From NCBI RefSeq assembly GCF_009914755.1, contig NC_060925.1: DNA of 64,000 bases; one strand, given 5' to 3'. Below the pieces are notes generated by a model. That model was given only the letters and a program-made list of their open reading frames with translations, did no database searches and was not told the DNA's origin. Positions 14,565 to 27,474 of this stretch are shown piece by piece. Made by a program: the position numbers and the translations under genes. This DNA comes from the human T2T-CHM13v2.0 reference genome, Homo sapiens. Within the stretch, counting starts at the first letter, position 1; each line of letters begins with the position of its first letter.

Positions 14565-16399
14565 GTAAGACAACCCTGCTTCTTTTCTTGGCTTTAGAGG
14601 GTCTCCTTGCTTAATGGGAAGCGTGCAGCACCTAGTGAGTGGATTTGAAGAGCCACTTTGTAAGCAACTTGGGCATTTATTTCAGCCCCAGTTCCAGTCT
14701 TCCCTGACTCTTTTGGCATCAAGGGTGAGTTATAGCTGTCTTGGAAAATAAGTCTGAATGGGGGGTCCGGGTGGAGCTATCTGTCCGTCACTCCTGGGCT
14801 GGCTTTCATGGAAGCATTTTGCCCTTCTGGGCAGGGAAAAGGGAGAAAAATATCTTCATGTGCCCCTCCTGCAATGCCTGCATTCTAGGGACAAGGCTCT
14901 GTGCCTAGAGGGACCCCGTCCATCTGCTGGGGTGTTAGGACCTCCAGCTCTCTTGCACCCCTCCCTCCTGCTCAACCTTCATCTCTTAACCTCTCTGACC
15001 CCATCCATCAAATAAAGTATGCCCTCTCTGCCGACCTCTTTGGGTTATTGGGAGGATTAGCAGAACCAATGGCAAAAAGATTTGTAAACAGCCTGTGGCT
15101 CTGCAAGCCTAAGGAAGACGAGTCAGCCTCAGTCCCTCCTGGAGGAGTCTGTGGACAGGCTTCAGGCTCCCTATCCTCAGCCGCGTTAAGATGCAGAACG
15201 CAGCCGAGCTATCGCTGTCAGTCACAAGACAGCTTCCTTCACCTTCCCCAGGGGCGCGTCTACCTCCCTTCTGTTTTTAAACTTCCCTAGTTTACCTCTC
15301 AAGTGAAGATCTTAAAAGGAGGTCTGGATTCACCACCACCACCACCCCCATCCACACCATGGCCCCTTCTCTCCACGTAACTTTGACGCACAAACATTAA
15401 CCCTGAGGCTCCCGGAGATGGCTGCCAGGGCTCACGCTGGTCTGGCTGCAGTGCTTGTCTGGCCAGCCTCTTGCTCTGGAGTCAGATAAATTGATCATGA
15501 GGAAAGTCTCTGAGAAGGGTCAAGAGAGTCAAGCAGATTCCGCCTTAGGTAAGAAGATGATCTTTTCCAGATCATAAGCTGAAGACAGAACAAGGTCCCT
15601 GTCATTCCTGCTGACCCAAGCTTAACCAGAACCAAAGATGAGACCCACCTCTGAAACAGGCCGTAACACAGAGTGCTTAGTAATACCTGATATGGGGACC
15701 ACACTTTACAGTTTATAATGTGTTTATAATTAATCATCTTTAGGACGATCCCATCAGATGGTGTGGCATGTATTATTTCCCCTTTAGTATAGATGAGACC
15801 ATTGAAGCTTAGAAGTTAAAGGGTTTGCCTGGGGTTGCAAAGCTGGTGATGGTGGTGGCAACTGAACCCAGATCTATTGATAAATTCAGTGAACTTTCCA
15901 CGATGCTGCAGATTGCTCTGGTGTGTGTGTGTGTGTGGATGCTTATTAAGAGCACTCTTCAGAAAGTACTCTTTGGGAAAGAAGCTTGAGGTTAGAGTGA
16001 GAAATGGTTTGAGCTGGAACCATGAGAGGCTTGGGGCAATAGACATGCTGTCCCCAGCCTCCATGCTGAGAAATCTGAGTGCTTTAGGGATTCAGCCCTT
16101 TCAAGATTGTCCGAGCCATGTGTTCCCAGGGTAATCAGTCAGACGTTAGGATTGCATTACAGCATCATAAGGATGAAGGTGGAGATGAGTGACATCCCAG
16201 CAACCGCCACCAGGAAAGAGGCAACAGGTTATGTGGTACAGTGACGAGAAGACTAGCGTTGGAATCCAATTCAGTTGTATCATTCACTATCTGTTTGATG
16301 TGGGGGATTTTTCTGAACATTTCTACTTATCAGTACCTCAGCTGTAAAATGAGGTTACCTTGAAAGGTGGCCGTGGGGCATTAAACAAGATAATGCATG

Positions 16400-16760
16400 C
16401 AAAGTGCCTAGCGCGGTGCCCCACCCAGGTGCGTGGTCCAGGGCAGCGAATACTATAAAGCCTGGGAGCGATTCTACCTGGAAGTGAAAAAGCATCCCCC
16501 TCTAAGAGGAGAGCGCCTCCCTCGCTCCCTCTCCCCCATACACACGCACACAGGGCCAGAAATAAATTGCCACACGAGTGCGCGCGAGTGGCGGCGCCCA
16601 GCCGCAGCCTGCCAGCGCCAGCGAGTGAATGAGCTGCAGCATGAATGAGGGGAGCGGCTGAGTCTGCAAACAGGCTGCGTGCCTGGCGCTACAACTGCAG
16701 GCGCGCCGCCACGGTCAATGGCGAGGGGGTTGGGGCTGAGTGGGAGCGGCTGCCAGCAAG
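16400..16760. promoter_or_regulatory. CpG-rich patch in CAMK1G intron 1 (candidate promoter or enhancer)
   Basis: 18 CpGs counted in 16561-16750 against a CpG-poor background; TATAAA at 16454-16459. Confidence 0.5.
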
Positions 16761-19109
16761 AAAGCAAACTGAAGCAGGCAGGGGACTGCACGGACTATCC
16801 AGGATTGTCAAACCCATGTCCTTGGAGGAAAGGCTGGTAACTCAGAGCTTCCTGACACAGCCCTTCGTCCTGAGTTCAGCCTGTCCTTCCTTTTGTACTC
16901 TATCCCTGGTAGGGGAAAGATCCTTCCTCTCCCCTTCTGGAAGCCAGAGTAGAGTGCCTAGCTGGGAAGGTTAATAGTAATGAGCGTCCAACCTGTACAA
17001 AAGAGGCACCTCTTGCATGGGATTGGGCTTGAAGGCGGTGTGTGACACACAGTCAGCGTTAACCTTGAAAACTCCTTAGAAAAGTGCCCCAGTGGAGACC
17101 TGCATATCACCTGTGAAAAAAACCAACAGAAGTATTATTTCCTCTCTTGTTGCAACAGTTCCCTGTTTTCTTGGTTGAGTACCAGATGAAGTAGTTGGCT
17201 TGCATTCAGGCTATGATGTACGAAAAATCATATATCTTTAAACACTTTAGAAACACAGTGAGATGAGATGCTCACACTGTGAAAGGCACGTGGGAGCTGG
17301 AACCAGCTGAAGAAATAGCAGATTCCTGTCTCCTGTCCTGTGCTCACCCTGTTTAAGTCCTTATTGGTTTCCCTTTCTCTTTCTCCAGTGCTTAGTGTTT
17401 AATTCATGTGCCTATAATGTGGACCCACTGCATGGCACTTTAGAGGTTGCAAACTGCTTTTGTGCCCATTGAAGCATTAGCCCTCCAAAGGAATGCTGAG
17501 AAATAGAGCAGGGATCATTATTCACATTCAGCAGATGAGGAAACCAAGGCCCAATATACTTAGCAGCACACTAAGAATAAGCAGCATACCCTGCTCTCTA
17601 CAATGGCCCCTGTGTGTTGACCTCTCAGCTACCGCATGAAGCCCTAGAGAATGATCTTCACATCCTCTGTAAGAAGCACACAGTAAACCATAAGCAACAC
17701 ATAAATTATGGCTTGTCACTGCAGCAGGAGAGATTTTGTTAAACTTAAATGTAGGTTTGCGCCTTAAATAAACTGCAGGCAACAATTGAAAAACCTTCTC
17801 TCTGGGTCATTTTGTGAACAGAAATTGGCATGCAGAGTTGATCTTTGAAATGCAGAATGGCAGTGGCAGAAGGGCTGGGAAATGGAGTGGGTGGTCCTTG
17901 GAGTTTCTCTCCAGCCAGAAGCTTCCTGAAGCCTTTAGGTTCCAGAGCCTCAGCTTTGGCAAGCAGATGAGCCACTTGGGTTGCAACCCGTGAACTGGAA
18001 GTGAGTTCTGACACAGGCCCAGCCATTCACCTATGACACCACAAGGAGGGTGAAACTGTGACTGATGGCAGAGGGCTGCTCGAAATTTCATCTATCCCTG
18101 CAAAATATGAAGAATTACAAAGCATTAGAGATGGCCTAGTCTACATTTTCCAAAGGATGCTCTGAGAAACCCTAGATCCCCGGCACACTAATATTAGTGT
18201 TACAGAAGGAAAGAATTTCACTATCTACGAAATTTGGGAAATGCCAGATTAAACAGCATGTGTCTTTAATGGTCCTCAGAGCCTTTAATAAGCTAATGTG
18301 GATTGTGAATCTCCAAGAAGGGGGCCAGAGGAGGTAGCAAATCCACCCTACTCACAGAGAGTCACCCAGGACTAAGATACTGAAAAGCAAACTTCAGGGA
18401 ACTTTAATCTAGTCCAATCTCCTCTGTTCACCAGAGAGGAGGATGGAAACTCAGGGATGTATGGTGATCTGCCTGGGGCTGCACAGCTACGGGATATCAA
18501 ACCAAGACTGGAACAAGTCTGGGTTCTTTCTGGTATTCTTTTAACCCAGTGGATGATATAAAGTCCAATATGGACCAGAGTCTAGAAAATTGTGTGACCC
18601 AGCAAGAAAACTTCCCAACTTTTGCCTTTTACCCTTTTGTAACCAAGCGCTGATAGATTTCCATGATTCGGTGTGCCCCAGCCTGGAGGCAGAGAGCACA
18701 TTCTTATTAGAGATGATCCAACTGATAACCTCCCTCCCAAGGCCCATAGGCTTTTCTGAGTCATGCTCCCAAAGAATGGAAAATCCCGGAAGCAGAGACT
18801 ATAAAGCAGTCTTAGGGTAGACTGATTCCTCTAAGGTCAGTAAAAGAGCCAGGCATGATCCAGAAGGCTCTGAGCCTGCTCACTATGCCCCAGAGTGATT
18901 CATGCCTCCTTGCTCAGAAGCCCCTAGTGACAGCACCAGCAAAAGGAGGGTGGCTCTTCCCATGGGTAGAATTGAGAACCATTATCTGTGAGCTTAAGAT
19001 TGCAGAGGTGCTACTCAAAGATGCTCTCCTTCCCTGTCCCCATCTCCTCTGGTTTGTCCATGCCCAGTTTAGGAACACTATGATTGTTCCTACACTGTAC
19101 ACACATTGT

Positions 19110-19200
19110 AATGGATTGGAGTGGATTGGATTAGAGTGGAGCGGAATGGATTGGATTGGATTGGATTGGATTGGATTGGATTGGATTGGATTGGATGGAA
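19110..19200. repeat. (GGATT)n pentanucleotide repeat
   Basis: Direct reading; degenerate 5' part, pure 3' part. Confidence 0.92.
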
Positions 19201-22200
19201 AGCCTTTGAATTATAACGTGATGCTCCTAAGACTCTGGATCACCTAATTAGGAGCGTAACAGTTTTAAGCTATTAGCCCAGCTGATACGTTTAATAAGCA
19301 CCTCAGGGCAGGTCCCTAAATGGCTGCAACTCAAATAGAAAACTTTGGGTAGGTAGGCCACATGGAGAGTGGGGCAGACATGAGAGTGCAGAGAGAGAAT
19401 CCGGCCAGTGTGGGGTCATGAGGTGACCTGGCAGTTTTAGGGTATATGACCACAGTGAGGAGGCCACTGCAGACAAAGCTTATCTGCCTGAGAGTTCCAT
19501 CTCGGGCTAGTGGTGCTCCCTTTACTAAATGAAGCTGGAAAAGGAGGAAGGACAGAGAAGCTCCATGGAAGGGGCATCTGCCTCCTGGGCTCATGGCCCA
19601 AGCATCTCTCACCAGCTTCTCATAAGCAAGCATCACACAGCCTGCCACTGGGAGCATGGAAAGGGCTGCACTCAGAGGCAGCGTCCACCCCAAGGCTGTA
19701 CTGCCTGCCCTTTAGGAAGAACTTTCCCCTCTGTAGCCTCCTCCACAGCTGCAGAGTTTTCCCCCAAGAGGCCAGGAAGTTCATCCAAAAAATACAATTG
19801 AGCACTAACCAGGAGGCAGGTACTGCACTAGCCCCAAGGGAGGCAACAAGATAGCCAAGGTCTTTGTCTGTGTGGAGTTACTTCCTATAGAGGAGATCAA
19901 CCTCAAACAAGTAAACAGGGTGCTTTGAGATTGTCATACTTATTACAGAAGAAAGGACTGGCTCACCTAAGAGAGAGTGACTCTGGGTGTGGGTAGACGG
20001 ACTCTAGGTAGAATGGTCAGGAAGAGCCTTGTCTAGTGTTGCAGGGAAGTTCTTCTGACCAAGAACCAGACACGGATCCCATCCCAGGCACTAGTGTCCC
20101 TGAAATTATGATGACAAGAAAGAAGCCAAGCAGATTTGGCCTTCTATGGCCATTCCACCCTCTCCTGCTGCTGTGCCATGGGCAGAGCCTCACAGCAAGG
20201 ACTATAGAGAGGGAGGCCCTGCTGCGGTCCCTTCCCAGGGCTCAGGTCTTCTTGCTATAGGCTCCTCTCTAAAGCAATATAAAGAATACATCCACCCACC
20301 TTCTATACTCATCTTAAGTCTAACTCCTCCACAATGCGCTCCCCAATCAACCCACCCCCAAGCTTTTCTCTCATTCACTCATTTAGCAACCATGGGCTGG
20401 ACCTTTAGTGAGTGCCAGGAACAGTAGTAGGTTCTAGGATTTCAAAGATGAGTAATACATGGTCCCAGTCCTTTAAGCAGACTGGCCTGCATTCTTAGCT
20501 CCTTATTTATATATCTGTGTTTGGTCTTCATAACCTGATTGTAAGCACTTTTAAGGCCAGACTCCTATCATAGAAATGTCTATTTATAGCCCAAAGTGTA
20601 CACAGGAAGTACTCAATAAATGAATGTTGAATGAAGGAGTATTACCTCCACGACTCAAAGATAGTTCCATGAATAAGGTAATTTTCTTTGCTAGGAGCCA
20701 TTTTTGCAGAATATTCTTGAGAATCTTGCTGTGCTGAGGTGCCAGGCGCCTGAACCAGCCACAAAGCCGACATCCTCCAAGTCTCCTGAGCTATCGATGT
20801 GAAAAATCAGCCCTAAATCTCAGAGAAATCTGTGGCGGCTGCTCCTGAGCTTTGAAACCCAATGGAAATTGTTGCCAGAAATAGAGTGAGAGGCGGGGAG
20901 TACTTTGGAAACAAATGAGAGCAATATTGGAGCTTCAAGCTCCTTAGAATTTGTTTTCTTTTCCTCTGAAAAGGCCTAGATTACAGAAGTCAAGAGAGGA
21001 GGGGGAGGACTTTAGCAGAAAGAAGCAGGATGCAGCCATGGAAGGAACATGGGCACCCCTTTCAAAGCCCACTGTTCAGACCTCCACCACACAGGGCATG
21101 GGAGTCTTGAGGCCATCACTCTGGTTACAGAGGGGTGGGAAGGGAAAGCCAAAGCTATGGGGGTTTCAGATCTGGGCCTTTGAGTTTTCCACATTGCACT
21201 GAAGATGGAACTAAATGGTTAGGATTCAGTGTATGGGAGGAGGAGTGGGCGGGAAAGATGTTTTCTCATAGCCTAGCTTCGGCTAAGAATACTATGTTTT
21301 TAAAGCTATTTAAGAGAGAAGGGAAAGAAGGAACAGTGAGTACAGATCTGCTAATGAGGTGGTGCAGCCTCCTGGAGAACAGGCCGTCATTCCATGGAAG
21401 CTCCGGAAGAGGGAGTGATGGACGCCTGGCTCTTGGTCCCAGAGCTGGAAGGCGGCTCTTCATTGGCTGGAAAAGCAGCATCCACAGCCCTGTTGTTCTG
21501 TGGAGAGGGGAGAGAGCAAGGGTGGGGGAGGCACATAGGCGGCTGATTTTGCTTTGTTAAATGTTCAAACCTTTGCCCTCATCCCCTACATTCAAGACTT
21601 ACCAGCAGCAGTGTATCCGCACAGCAAGAAGTATTTTTGATGCCCCCTGGAGACTGGGTCAGCTAAATGAGGCTCTTTAAACCTGATAAGATTAACATGC
21701 AATAATGGACAATCTCAAATTTAAAGTACCCCATTTTTCTTTTTGCAGCCTGTAAAGCGAGTGAAAGTTCATGCATTCTAGATGCCAAGCACCCTGATAA
21801 GTGGAAGCTGCTAGATTTGGGACTCAGGATCTACAGAAGGGCATCTGGCTAAAGATATCCCCCGACTCTTATATTCTATCTTCCTCAGAGAGATCTCCAC
21901 CAGTCAGGGTCCATTTGTCTCCACCTTGTGTACCGTGCCCTCGAAGTCAAGTGTCAGCCCACCACTGCCAGTGAGACCTCCTCTGGCCAGTGCCTGCATC
22001 CTGAACTGCTGTGGTCCCTCTGGGCTGCCACCCTGCCAAGAGGAGCAGATCAGCAAATGGGCCAGAAGACCCAAACACAAGCTACCAGATGTATATTCAA
22101 CTAGGTCAATCATGAAGGAGTTTCTTACATGCATTTTTTAATAATAAATAGCCACCAATTATTATATAGCCAGGTTGCAAGTTGACACATTATTAAAATG

Positions 22201-22841
22201 TACACCAAAAAAATGCAGCTTCCTATTTCTTATAAATCTTTCTCATGAACTCCCATCCCATCAGGCAGCAAAAAGGGGAATGGGGAACTTTAAGTTTGAA
22301 TTTGTCCGTTGTAGCGTATAAATCTCCCTTTGGGTTTCAAGAGTCTCGTTTAGCTGACCTTATGCCTTTCAGGAAAACATAGCCTTGAGATGGCCTTTCC
22401 TCTTCCTGCTCTACTTCAAAGTGGCATTTTATGTTGTAAGGTATTTACTAAACCTTGTTGTCATATGGGAGAAGGGGGCCTCAGACTTCTTAGACTTATC
22501 AGGGACCCTGGATTCCACAGTCCTCTGGATCTCATCAGAAGCTAACTAGTGACCTCTGAAGTATGACTGGTCCCACTGGTTCACAGGGATCATACTGACA
22601 TACTCTACTAAAGGCCCTGATCCCAGCTGTTTGCTTACCTGAAAAGCCCTGGTCATCACCGTCTCTTCTCACCAACCCCAGCCAGCTGGCCGTGACCTGC
22701 TCTACATCCCCTCATAGGGCCATGAGCCACAATGAGCTGGTAAATGTTTAATGACAGGTCTTGGGGCAAGGGGGAGGTGGAGTCAGGCAGAAGCCCTGAT
22801 TGTAGCTGTTGCCACTGTCCATGGTGTAAATATTCCTATTA

Positions 22842-23143
22842 GGCTGGGATTGATGGCTTATACCTGTAATCCCAGCACATTGGGAGGCGAAGATGGGAGG
22901 GTCACTTGAGCCCAGGAGTTCGAGACCAGCCTGGGCAACAGAGTAAGACCCTGTCTTTGGAAAAAAAATTAATATTTGGCAGGCGTGTTGATGCATGCCT
23001 GTAGACCCAACTACTAGGGTGGCTGAGGTGGGATTACTTCAAGCCCAGGAGGTTGAGGCTGCAGTAAGGAATGATCACACCACTGCACTCTAGCCTGGGT
23101 AATAGAGCAAGACTCTGTCTCAAAAAAAAAAAAAAAAAAAAAA
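22842..23143 (+). mobile_element. AluJ-like element
   Basis: Diverged dimer with cttgagcccaggag and gaggctgcagt diagnostics; poly(A) tail. Confidence 0.88.
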
Positions 23144-24339
23144 ACTCCAGTACTCCTACTGTGGTCACTTTCTAGCTGCCAACATTAACACCAGAGAGGT
23201 GCACAGCTGACTCTCATGAGCTGACATGAGCCGGCCCTGGGGAGGTTTTGGAGTCTCTGCCCAGCATGAGGCACTATCTCAACTCACCTCCTCCCTCGAG
23301 GCCTCCCCATGATTCCTCACTGCCCTGTTAGATGTGGTTGCAGGCAGCGCTCCTCCTAGGCTTAAAGCCTCCCACCAGCAGGGTCCTGGTAAGCCACCCC
23401 ATCCATGTCACCTGTCTCCCAATTCCTGACCAGATGCTCTACTCCAAGAGAGCGAAAGCAAAGATCTGTGCTTTGGAAAACTACACCATCTGTCTCCCCA
23501 TCCCCTTTCCAGGATCTACTTGGACCAAAAGTATCCATCTTTCCACCTCCTCTTCCCCTCTGCCAAGAGCCTCGCTTGTATCATATTCTTCTTATTCCCA
23601 GGGGTCTAAGTCTCATAGTTGTGTTTTAATGGCAGAAGAGGTTCCCTCTATTCCATGAAACCTATTTTACCACGAGTCCTCCAGATGTGGATTATCAGGA
23701 ATGAAATACATCAACAAATGTCTCCAGAATATTATCTCTGTTACAACTGTTTAAGATTGTAGCAGAACAGAAAAAAAAATAAAAATAAAAAAGAAACAAC
23801 TGTTTATCATGTGTATCAATGTCTGTATGTGCACCATTTCATTTAACCTTTACCATATCTTAAAGGGTTTTGTCCCCACTTTACAGATAAGGAAATAGAT
23901 TCAAAGAGGTTAGTAACTTGCCTTAGGCAAGGCCATTTAACTGGTAACTAGCAAAGGTAGGATTTGAACTCAGGTTGGCCTCCAAAACTATGCTCTTCAC
24001 TTAATGCTGAATTGTAGAGGAACAAACTTTCTTTTTGTTCAAAGGCTATTATTAATACAAGACCCCATAGAGTCTACAAGTAGTTTTTCTCGAGTGGGGA
24101 AGGAAGGTTATTGCCCAAGAGGGGCAGCTATTAGGCATATTTTCCTATTTCTCCATCAGGTTCAAGGAGTATGAGGGAGAGGGTGCTGGCAGAAATGGTG
24201 TCTCACTCATCACTCCTGGACACCTGGTACCCTGCCATTAGCTGTTGGAGGGGGTAGACAGAGTGGAATATCCAAAGGAACAGAGATTCCCTCCAACCAT
24301 TTAACCCCACCCCAAAAACATGTTTCTCTCTAGTATTCA

Positions 24340-25155
24340 TGAGCTCAGTCAGGGCACCCCCCAACCAACCCCAGATGCTCCTGCCAGAAACATGGGAGTC
24401 CTCTCAGACTCCGTCTGCCCCACCATATGACACATCGCCTAATACTGTAGATAACTGGACTCCCAGAATACATCCCAGGTTCATCATTCTCTCCTTCACT
24501 CCCATCTGGCCCGAGCCACCATCATCTCTCTCTTCACATCTCTCTCCCTTCACAGATCAGCCAGAGTGAACTCTTTAAAACATCAATGGTGTAATAACTC
24601 CCCTGCTAAAAATCCTTCATGTCTTCCCATCTCACCTAGAAGAAAATCCAATGTCTTAAACAGAGTCTACAAAGCCCTTTATTGTCCGCCCCTGCCTGCC
24701 TCTTCCTACCCACTCACCACCCCCCACCATACGGAGCTCACTCTGCACCAGCCACACTGCCCCTTCAGGCTCTGGAGCACACTATGCTATTTCCTCCCTT
24801 CCAGCTTTGGTGTTTTATTTCCTTTGCACAGAAGCTCCTTCACATGCTCTTTGCTTGGTTGGCTCCTTCCCAAACTTTGGGTCTCAGCTTAAATATGACC
24901 TGCTCAAGAGGCCTTCCCTGGACTTTATCTAAAGAAGACCCTCCCTGTTTATCTCTATGACAAACCCAGGTTTTTGTCTTTCATAATTTTCCCCACACTT
25001 TGTAACTGTACACGTATGACTTTACTTGCCCATTGCCCGTCTCCTTCAGGCTGGCAGCCCCATGAAGGCAGGGCCAGCATCTGTGTTGTTATCAGTACCC
25101 ATCGGCACCTTGCACACGGTAGGTGCTAAATACGTATTGGTTAACTGTTGAATAA
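24340..25155. mobile_element. L2 LINE 3' fragment
   Basis: Degenerate L2-like segments ending in ggtaggtgctaaatacgtattggttaactgttgaat. Confidence 0.6.
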
Positions 25156-25763
25156 ATATGGTAACTCCAGAACTCTGATATAAATTTAGGAAATGATTCA
25201 ATTTAGATTTTCGTGAATAACTATTTGCCCAGCACTGTGCTAAATGTTGTAGGAGTTACAAAAACAGCACAATACTCATTCATTTAACCCATAACAGGTG
25301 GGAGAGAGGTACTAGTGAGAAAAATTGAGGGAGGTGGCAGAGTTGTGACATTAGAGAGGAAGCCTGGCTGACTCTGTAGTCTGAGTAAACATTGTGACTA
25401 TCATTTGGAAAACACAGGACATGCCTGAGCTGAGCTCAGATCCCCTCAAGGTGGATATTCCCAGGTTATCTACACACGTACTTACTATTGCCCTGATGTG
25501 AGCATGCAGCAAGCATAGTGCACATGTAGTAGGCATTCCATGAATTTGTCCTTGTAATTTTTGAAAGCAAGTGTGGAGATAGTTTCACTTTTTCCAGTTA
25601 TCCAGGTTTGCTCCTAATCCTTCCTTCTGATAATTACAGAAAGATGTCAGTATTGCAGCCTGTTTTTAATCTTGTTTGAGAAAGCAGCTGACCAGACCTT
25701 TTTTCTCCTCCTTCTCCCACTCCCTGCAATAAAGCATCCTCAGAAGCTTCAACTCTGGAGGCA

Positions 25764-25855
25764 ATGGGTCGAAAGGAAGAAGATGACTGCAGTTCCTGGA
25801 AGAAACAGACCACCAACATCCGGAAAACCTTCATTTTTATGGAAGTGCTGGGATC
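25764..25855 (+). CDS. CAMK1G: CAMK1G exon 2 coding part (exon starts 25735), MGRKEEDDCSSWKKQTTNIRKTFIFMEVLGS
   Basis: GCAATGG start context, donor GGATC|gtaagt, 92 nt coding; start of the kinase Gly-rich loop. Confidence 0.96.
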
Positions 25856-25969
25856 GTAAGTCCTGGGGCTGTGAGGTCGGGTGGGCTGGGCTGCCTGCAG
25901 TGGGAGGTTAGAAGAGTTGTTCTCTGCTGGCAGCAATTGATGAACTGGACTGAGGCTGCTGTGACTTCA

Positions 25970-26635
<666 letters not shown>

Positions 26636-27431
26636 TCAGAGACAGTTTGTCTGGAACTGACTCCCCACTTAGTCCTGCCTCTCCCCTGGGAGGCTGCAGA
26701 CTCTGACGCAGGCTGGCAGCAGCTCCAGGCCACTGGCCCCCAAACCCCTCAGAACCCCAGCTGGTCAGCTAATTAGTCTAGGCTAATTGGGCCTGGGCAG
26801 TGAAGAGCAGCCAGCAGGCTGTCCATCCGGGTAAGCTTTCTCTGTCGCCAATGTCACTTCACTTTGCACTGACTAGAAGGCAGTGACCTCGGGCAATGAC
26901 GGCTGCCCACACTCGTGCCGTAGACAGAGAAGACACTTCTGGGCCCTCCTGGCACAGGCAGGTTGTCAGACTGTGCAAGTGCAGGAGGATCCCAGCGGGG
27001 TGCTGGTCATGAGAGCATTGGCCTTCCATCAAAGGCCTTTACCAAGATGGGAGTGACCAGAGAGGGAGTTTTGGCAGGAGAAAGAGACAAGCCTCATGAG
27101 TAAGTCAGAAATGATTTGCTAAGTGTCCCAAAAATCCAGAGGAGAGGAGAGAAGGGAGCCCAGGTTGACAAGAATTTACCATCTGCTAGACTTGTGCTGT
27201 AGGACTCAAAAGACAGACACACCTTCCCTCTTAGAGCTCAGTGAAGTCTACCACACAGCACCTAAACCTGGGAGAACATCGGAGTCATCTGGAGAGTTTA
27301 TGCCTCCAACTTTTAACTGTGAAAATGTTGAAACATAAGGAAAAGGTGAAATAATGATAAAATGAACGTCAGTATACCCACCATCTAAATTCAACGTTGT
27401 TAACATTTCACTGTAGAGTATGTATTTTACA

Positions 27432-27436
27432 TCACA

Positions 27437-27472
<36 letters not shown>
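27432..27472. repeat. (CA)n microsatellite inside an old L1-like fragment
   Basis: Direct reading. Confidence 0.9.

Positions 27473-27474
<2 letters not shown>

Noticed and set aside
14565-14597. Possible mini-intron between the exon 1 donor and ctttag
   Set aside because: 33 nt is below the practical minimum for a human spliceosomal intron.
22811-22831. Possible REST/RE1 site (gccactgtccatggtgtaaat)
   Set aside because: Only one half-site matches; the GCTGAA end is missing.
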